A DNA stretch of 64,000 nucleotides from contig OZ024744.1 of the NCBI GenBank assembly GCA_964016885.1, positions 69,812,001-69,876,000 of the forward strand, read 5' to 3'. The translations under genes and the position numbers were made by a program. Numbering within the stretch: the stretch's first letter is position 1; every line of letters starts with the position of its first letter. Under the pieces are notes generated by a model. The model was not told where the DNA came from. It saw only the letters and a program-made list of their open reading frames with translations, and made no database searches. Positions 56,844-64,000 of the stretch are shown one piece after another. This stretch comes from Eledone cirrhosa (Eukaryota).

Positions 56844-57509
56844 TTATTTATTTGTACGTTGTATATTGAATATTATACAGGATGTTTATGAAAAAACATT
56901 TTACAGCCTTTCGCTATGAAATGTTAAGGTTCTGACCACCACCACACATCGTATCCTCAGCAAAAACAAGGGGGAAGTAACCGACAACGCATTGTTTCTC
57001 GCTTGTTGGCGATTGTCAAGATTACGTTATCACCCAGTTTCCGTTGAGACAAAAATAAGCTAGAATCTTATAGATTTCTCGCTTTTGTTGGAGCACCAAT
57101 ACTGATTTAATTTAAGCCGAGCCAGCTACCAAATTATGCAAATAAGCTTCATAATCTCATACACATATGAACACGCATTTATAGAAACGCTCGCAAGCAA
57201 TCGTTCTCATCGGAGAGAATACCTTGCGGTATTCGTTCCGTCCCTCAAGGTTCTGATTTCAAACTTGCCTTTCACCCTCTCGAAATGAATAAAGTACGAA
57301 TCAAGTACCGCGGTAGATTCTTCTTCATCTCTCACTCTTTCTCCCCTCTCTCTTTTTCTCTCTCTCTCATTCTTTCTCCCCATCTCTCTTTTTCTCTCTC
57401 TCTCTCATTCTTTCTCCCTCTCACACAGACTGTGTATCTATCTAACTATCTGTCTCTCTCTCTATTTATCTATATGTCGATATATCTATCTATCTATCAA
57501 TCTATATAA

Positions 57510-58540
57510 CGCATCGCCCAAATACCCGACAGAATCCTATTAGAGGGCCACGGGTATATAAACATTAGCGTGGAGGGGAGAAGGCCGTCCTGTCATATCT
57601 GTGCAGGCAGAGGGCACCTGAAGGCCGCTTGTCCCCAACTCAACAAAAAGAAAACCCTTCTACCAACACCAGCTCCACCACCACCACCACAACAGATAAA
57701 CAAACAACAAAACTCAGTCCCACCCAAAACGTCCCTCAGTAAAACTACACCACCACCACCACAACACAAACAGTCACAACACATTACCCCAAAACAAAAT
57801 ACAGGCCCACCCAACCCCTCACTCAATAAAACAACACAACCACCGCAGACACAACACACAACACAGTCTAACATAGTGACATCCATCTCCCCCACAAAGA
57901 AAACCAACACGGAAACATTACCAGCAAACATACCTCTTCCCTCCAACACTGAAGATAACCCAACGAATTCGGAGGAAGAAACGGAGTCCTTCAGACAGAT
58001 TAAAAGGAAAAAAAGAAAACATGTGCAAAACACACAAGGCCAAACAACCCCCACCCAAATGTCAACACAATCCAACAAAACAGAAAACACCCCTCCAGCA
58101 ACAAACAAAACCAAACCTGCCCCTCCCCTCTTCGAAACACTACACCATCCGAAAAAAAGACATTACACTATACTTACATCAACAGAAACAATAATAAATT
58201 AAATGAACTCATATACAATAATCCTTCGGTACAAACCGAAGGTGTAAACTTTGTTTCTTCAGAAAACTACCCACATTTAAAATTAATAAAGATCCCAATG
58301 AACCTCTACCAAAAACTAAAAAAGGATTTTAAGGAGGACGTAGGACCACCCTCTGTCAAACCCATAAACCGCGTCCTACTAAAAAGCTTTCCCCCTCCCC
58401 TTCCCCTTCCCAACACAACTCCAAACACCCCAACCCCACCACACACTGACGACCTCACACCACCACAAGACACCCCTTCACCCAACACCCCCGACCCCAT
58501 GGAAGTCGTGCGACCCGAACCCCGGGAAGCGGAAAGGTAG
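57510..58540 (+). pseudogene. LINE ORF1 C-terminal part (CCHC zinc knuckle, Pro/Thr-rich)
   Basis: CHICAGRGHLKAAC; interrupted at about 58200. Confidence 0.8.
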
Positions 58541-58573
58541 GTCTCTACACTCTCCTTTGGCTCTGCCGCCCAC

Positions 58574-61500
58574 ATGGATGTGTTAAGAGTAGGATGTTTG
58601 AATGCACGTGGCCTGGGCTCAACTTGGAAGCAAGCAAAGCTTCTAAATGACCTCAGGTCATGTGGTATAAATGTAATGGTTATCTGTGAGACTCGGATCA
58701 GCGTCGTGCGGCAGATGGCCCCTACCTTCGATGACTTTGAGGTGTATGCATCTCTCTGTCAACCTGGAGGTGGGGGTGGGGTTGTCGTACTGCTGCAAAA
58801 ACACCTGGGTCTTGCCGTACAGGTTGTGCACTCGGACCCGGAGGGTCGTTTGTTGGTGCTAGACGTTGGCAGTAGTGAAGGTGCGGCCTTGAGACTGGTC
58901 GCCGTCTACTCCCCTTTTGGAGCTGAACGGCCCGACTTCTTCCAGCGTTTGGAGACTTTTCTGGGAACGTCGCGTTCCCTGCTTCTAGTGGGGGATTAGA
59001 ATGACATCCTAGATGCACGTTGGGACTATGCAGGAGCATGTCCTAATAGAGGGGGGTGTAACAGCCTCAAGGGGTTACTCGACCGTTTTAACTTGGTCGA
59101 TAGATATCGACTAGATTTTCCAACTGTGCCTACCTGGATTTGGAGAAACAACAGTGGTCAATCTAGATCGTACTTAGATAGATTCTTAGTTAGAAGTAAG
59201 GATAGGGACATATTAAGCTGTCCAGAAATGCGCACGGTTGGCTACACGGATCACAAATTAGTGACCTGCGTAGTCAATCTCGAGAAAACACATAAACAGG
59301 GTCCCGGTTACTGGAAACTTAATTTGTCTTTACCGGCAAAAGAGACTTACAGAAACCTGGGTGCAATCGTCAACAACCGATGGTGGGCATCTCTCAAAAG
59401 AGAGATTAGAACAGAATCAATAAGTTATAGCAAGATGTTAGCTGCCGATAGGAATAGAAACGAGAAAGAATTAACAGGTAAATTAGAAGAGGCAATCAAG
59501 AGCGAAGATGTGGCCAGAGTGCTGGCATCGAGGACGGCCTTGAACCAGTTTTTCGATGCAAAGCACGAAGGCTGCGTCATTCGAAGTAAAATACGTGCTC
59601 TAGGTAATGAGGGGGCCAAAGCCGTTGGCTGGGCCCGCGTGACAGAAGCTAAGAGTGGAAATCGATCCACCATCCGGTCGTTGCAAGACGAAGATGGACG
59701 GGTGATCCGGAAGCCTAAGCAGATGTGCGAGGCCTTTCAAAGGCACTTTGCCCGATTGTTCGGGGGAGGTGAGGGTCCGGCCGGGGACGTGGATTTCGGT
59801 CCATACCTCGACGGCCTGCCGCGTCTCTCGAGCGAAGAGGCAGAGTCCTGCGAGGGACCAATCTCGGCTGATGAGATCGGAGATGCGCTGAGCCAATGCA
59901 GCAGACGCAAATCTCCAGGTCTCGATGGTATACCTTACGAACTTTAGTTAGCAATGCCGGTCTTCTTCTCCGAACTCCTCGAAGCGGTCTACTGCAATTG
60001 GCAGCAGAACGGGAGAATTCCTTGTTCTGTAGCCAAGGGCGTAGTCACGCTGGTGAGGAAGGACGAGAACAAGGGAGATAGTATAAATAATTTTCGGCCC
60101 ATAACCCTGCTAAACACAGAGTTAAAGATTTTGGCCAAGGTGTTAGCAAAGAGGTTGGCGCTTGTCGTGGGTGGCCTGGTGGGAGATGCGCAGACATGTG
60201 CTATCCCATCCAGGTCCATTCACGATAACCTCCACCTCATGCGATATATCATAGAGAGGGTTGGCAACAAACCCGGCTTCGGTGGGGCCCTGATCAACTT
60301 GGATCAGTCTAAGGCCTTCGATAGGGTCGACCATGGTTACCTGGATGCGGTGCTAGCGGCGGCTGGGTTCGGTCCTGTTTTCAGAGGCTGGATCACTGCC
60401 TTACATAGCAACCACATCTGTTCTAGGATCAAGGTGAACGACTACCTTTCGAAGCCGTTCGAAATCACACGATCCATTCGACAGGGGTGCCCTCTCTCCT
60501 CCCTTCTGTACGTATTGACTCTCGAGCCTTTACTGAGGAAGTTGGAGTTGTTGCAGGGTATCCCCCTGGAACCAGGATTGAGCAAAGCGGTGTCGGCCTA
60601 CGCCGATGACGTAACAGTAATGGTATCGACCGACTCGGAGATCGAGGCGATCGGTACCTTACTGGAGGATTACGAAAGGTTGTCAGGAGCGAAACTGAAC
60701 CGGAAAAAATCCATCGGGCTGCAACTCGGAACGTGGAGAGGCAGACCGATGCCTCCCGACGGTGTCGTCGGACACTGGACGGAGGGCCCGGTAAAGTTGC
60801 TTGGGGTCTGGTTTGGACCGGACCTCCAGGTGGAAAAGAACTGGAACGAGGTTACGAACAAGGTGTTTGCACTAACCCAGAAATGGGCCAAGTGTAAGCT
60901 GTCCCTAAAAGGCCGGGCGGAGGTGGCGAACATTTACATAGCGTCCGTCACTTACTACCGCCTGACTGTCGTGCCTTGCCCTTAGGAATCACTCACCACC
61001 ATGGAACGCATGCTCTTCCAATTTCTTTGGAAGAAGCGCCCTCCTATGGTGAGAAGATCCATCTGCTGCCAACAACCTTCGAAAGGAGGGCTGGGGATGC
61101 CGTGGTTGATGATGCGTAGGCACGCATTAAGGCTACGGCACCTACAGGTATTCCTCACTGGTCAACCGGTGTGGGCTCCGTTCGTGAAACGAGCCTTTCC
61201 GAGACTCGTCTCGCTCACCGAGCTGCAGTCCTGGGTCAAGCAAAGATCCGGAAAACTGGGAGACTGGCACACTGAGTGTGCTCAGGCGCTCAGGGCTCTC
61301 TGGCAAGCGGGCCAGGCCGTCGGTGGAGAATCCACCTCATCATTCTATAGAGGGCTGGTGGCTAGCAGGGGCGATGACACCCTTGGAGAGTCGCTGGACA
61401 TGGAAGAGGACGAACTGGCCAGCCTGTTCGGTAGGACTTTCGGCCCGGGACCAATGGACAGCTTCCAGAAGTCACTAGCCTGGCAGTGCTACCGGGGGGG

Positions 61501-61981
61501 TCTACCCGTTCGAGAGAGGCTCTACAGACACGGGCGCCCGGGCAGGGATCCCTCAAAAAAGATTTGCCCTAGATGCGTGCGTCACGAAGAAACCGTTGCG
61601 CACGCATTGGTGCAATGTCCGGGCATGGCTGATCTGTGGGGCTACGCCGAACGACTGCTGTCGCGGGTGGCGCCGATTCAATTGACCGCCGAGTCCGTGA
61701 TGACAATCAAACCGGCTCCCCTCTTCACAAAAGAAGCAAAGGCGGTTTTTCTGTGCGTAATAGCCATGTTGAAAGAGGTTGTTTGGTGGACACGATTGAA
61801 AGGTCTGAGGTCAGGCAACTTCCTCTCTGGCCATAGTCTGGTCTACTTCTTCCGATATCACTTCGGAAGAAGGATAAGAATGGAGAGAGAGGTGCTTGGC
61901 CACAGGCAGTTTTATGAAAGGTGGGTGATAGTAGCGAGAATGGCTCGTGTAAATGGGCCTTCTCTGTATACCATTCTGTAG
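58574..61981 (+). pseudogene. LINE ORF2 (APE endonuclease, RT, zinc knuckle) with three in-frame TAG stops
   Basis: LNARGL, ICETR, VGD*N, SYLDRF, TDHK; LDQSKAFDRVDH, RQGCPLS, AYADD; CPRC..HALVQC; the four ORF pieces share one frame. Confidence 0.95.
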
Positions 61982-62248
61982 GTAAAGAAGTAAAGGAGAG
62001 GGGAGCACCTTCTCCATGTGCTCCCCGGGCAAAGGATTGCACACTTTTTCGGGGGTGTGTGCAACCCCCATCACGTCCCCTCCCTTTTGAGGTTATTTTC
62101 GATTATTTTCATTTTATACCCTTTTTACTCGATTGTATGTAAACTCCCCCTTTGTATTTGTCCCTTCTTTTTATGCCTCTATGGTAAATAAAGAAATATA
62201 TCTATATATCTATATATATGTATGCCTGTCCATATATATATATTTATA

Positions 62249-62347
<99 letters not shown>

Positions 62348-62411
62348 TCGTGTATGTTTATGTATATATATGTGTGTTTGTGTGTGTGTATGTACGCGTG
62401 CAAGTGTATAC

Positions 62412-62466
<55 letters not shown>

Positions 62467-62476
<10 letters not shown>

Positions 62477-62870
62477 TAAACGGAATAGAAAATGCTGACA
62501 AATTGTTCACAGTTGAAAAATGGTTTAATTAGGAATAAAAGAGTATTAGTGATTGTATGGGTTAGTATTCAGTTGTGGTTTTAAGTTTTTAAGATGTTAC
62601 CGGTTCCGCATTTCTAAATGCTTTTCAAAAATAATTTTGAGATAGAGTGTCCGTGCTGTTTGCTCAGATCAGAGCAAACAGCACGGACACTCTATCTCAA
62701 AATTATTTTTGAAAAGCATTTAGAAATGCGGAACCGGTAACATCTTAAAAACTTAAAACCACAACTGAATACTAACCCATACAATCACTAATACTCTTTT
62801 ATTCCTAATTAAACCATTTTTCAACTGTGAACAATTTGTCAGCATTTTCTATTCCGTTTACCAATATATA
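62467..62870. repeat. About 200-bp-arm palindrome in (TA)n
   Basis: Arms appear perfectly complementary around the 6-nt spacer AGATCA (62666-62671). Confidence 0.95.
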
Positions 62871-63533
62871 ATAACTTGTGTGTTACACCTCTATTCTTTT
62901 AACTATATATATATATATCTATATATATATATATAAATATAAATTAGCGAGAATCATATTTCGGCTATTGGAAATTAGCGAAAAACAACTTCCGAGATGT
63001 GTGGCAAGCGATCAATAGAATCTAACGAACCAGAGCTACAACATACGTTAAAAGGCCAAACACACTGAGACGATGGTTAAACCATTATCCGCACAGCCAT
63101 AGAAACGACCAAGTAATTCGGGTCAAACAAATAAAATATGATTGAAAAATTTACCCGGACCCCTGGATGGTTGGTGAAAGTCCAGCATTTGGGTTTCTGC
63201 GACTCCTAAATCAAGTACTGTCCGCTTAGACAAATAATGTTAAGCTTTTGGTAAGATGATTGAACAAGGACGTCACTTTCACAACAGGCTTTTAGTTCAA
63301 GTGCCAGGCCAAGGATTGACCGTTACCAAAACCCACGTATATATATGAATATATGTACATACATATATACATACATATATGTATATATGTATATATAAGT
63401 AGAAGGGGTATTTAATTTGTTGGAAGTCCGACAAATATAAATGTTTATAACTGATTTAGAGCACTCAACAAGTTAGTGGAGTAAATATTCAATGATATTA
63501 AATAAATGGAAACTATATTTATAAAACCATATT

Positions 63534-63596
63534 TATTTTATTATATATATTTCAAGGGTACCAAGACACATTGGTACGCTTTCCACAGATAAAATA
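63534..63596 (-). ncRNA. Hammerhead-like motif, family C, core mutated to CUGUGGA
   Basis: UAUUUUAU CUGUGGA AAG-C-GUACCAA..UUGGUAC-C-CUU GAAA UAUAUA UA AUAAAAUA. Confidence 0.65.
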
Positions 63597-64000
63597 CAAA
63601 GTTTGTTTTATAAATAGAGACATAACCCATGAAAATCATACCTTATCGGTTGGATATTCTCTGGATAGTGGAAATATATTATTTTTCAAACTTATGGGTG
63701 AATATGTAAATAAATATGTAAATAATTGAAAAACAACAGTTTATTTAAACGACTATGGAGAGAGAGGAGAAAGAGAGAAGAGATAAGAGGAGAAGGATAA
63801 AATAGTGCGAGAGAGAGAAGAAAGAAACAAGAGAAGATGAATAAAAATTCATATAACGTTAATTTGAGGGAAATATATTCTAAGTATATATTTTAATAGT
63901 ACGTGTATTTACGATTATTAGTTGTTTAAAATTTGATTATAATATATAATATATAATATATAATATAATATTTTTCTTCTGTTATAAGTAGATAAATAAA

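Larger units (their letters stand above)
57510..62196 (+). mobile_element. Near full-length Tx1/L1-clade LINE, truncated within ORF1
   Basis: ORF1 remnant, complete ORF2 span, 3' UTR ending AATAAAGAAA; ATCTATATA on both sides as a possible TSD. Confidence 0.95.

Noticed and set aside
62940-63340. Possible Penelope Cys-rich linker remnant (C..KYCPL) or HHR in a (TA)n-bounded block
   Set aside because: Stops in all frames I read and no RT or GIY-YIG motif; needs a translated search

Overview
Repeat-saturated animal DNA; the SINE family and microsatellite load suggest a cephalopod such as octopus (inference). I cannot support any intact host protein-coding gene, and most ORF-track entries are translated microsatellites. 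Recognisable elements are tRNA-derived SINEs, Tx1/L1-clade LINEs (one near full length at 57510-62196), R4/Dong, CRE, RTE and CR1 LINE fragments, a decayed Helitron (47710-52010) and small DNA-transposon MITEs. The main unexplained signal is a set of non-coding elements between (TA)n tracts that carry type I hammerhead ribozyme (HHR) motifs, from about nine sequence families. The clearest case is 24585-28147: a near-identical 310-bp tandem array with 11 HHR copies that flips orientation in the middle. Many of these elements share one geometry: two arms joined head-to-head with ribozyme-sense 3' ends running outward into (TA)n. Some are circularly permuted monomers, and several 5' ends fall in ribozyme stem-loop II or at the predicted cleavage site. 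This fits non-autonomous, circular-RNA-templated (retrozyme / Penelope-associated) retroelements targeting TA microsatellites. All folds were derived by eye; activity and expression are untested.
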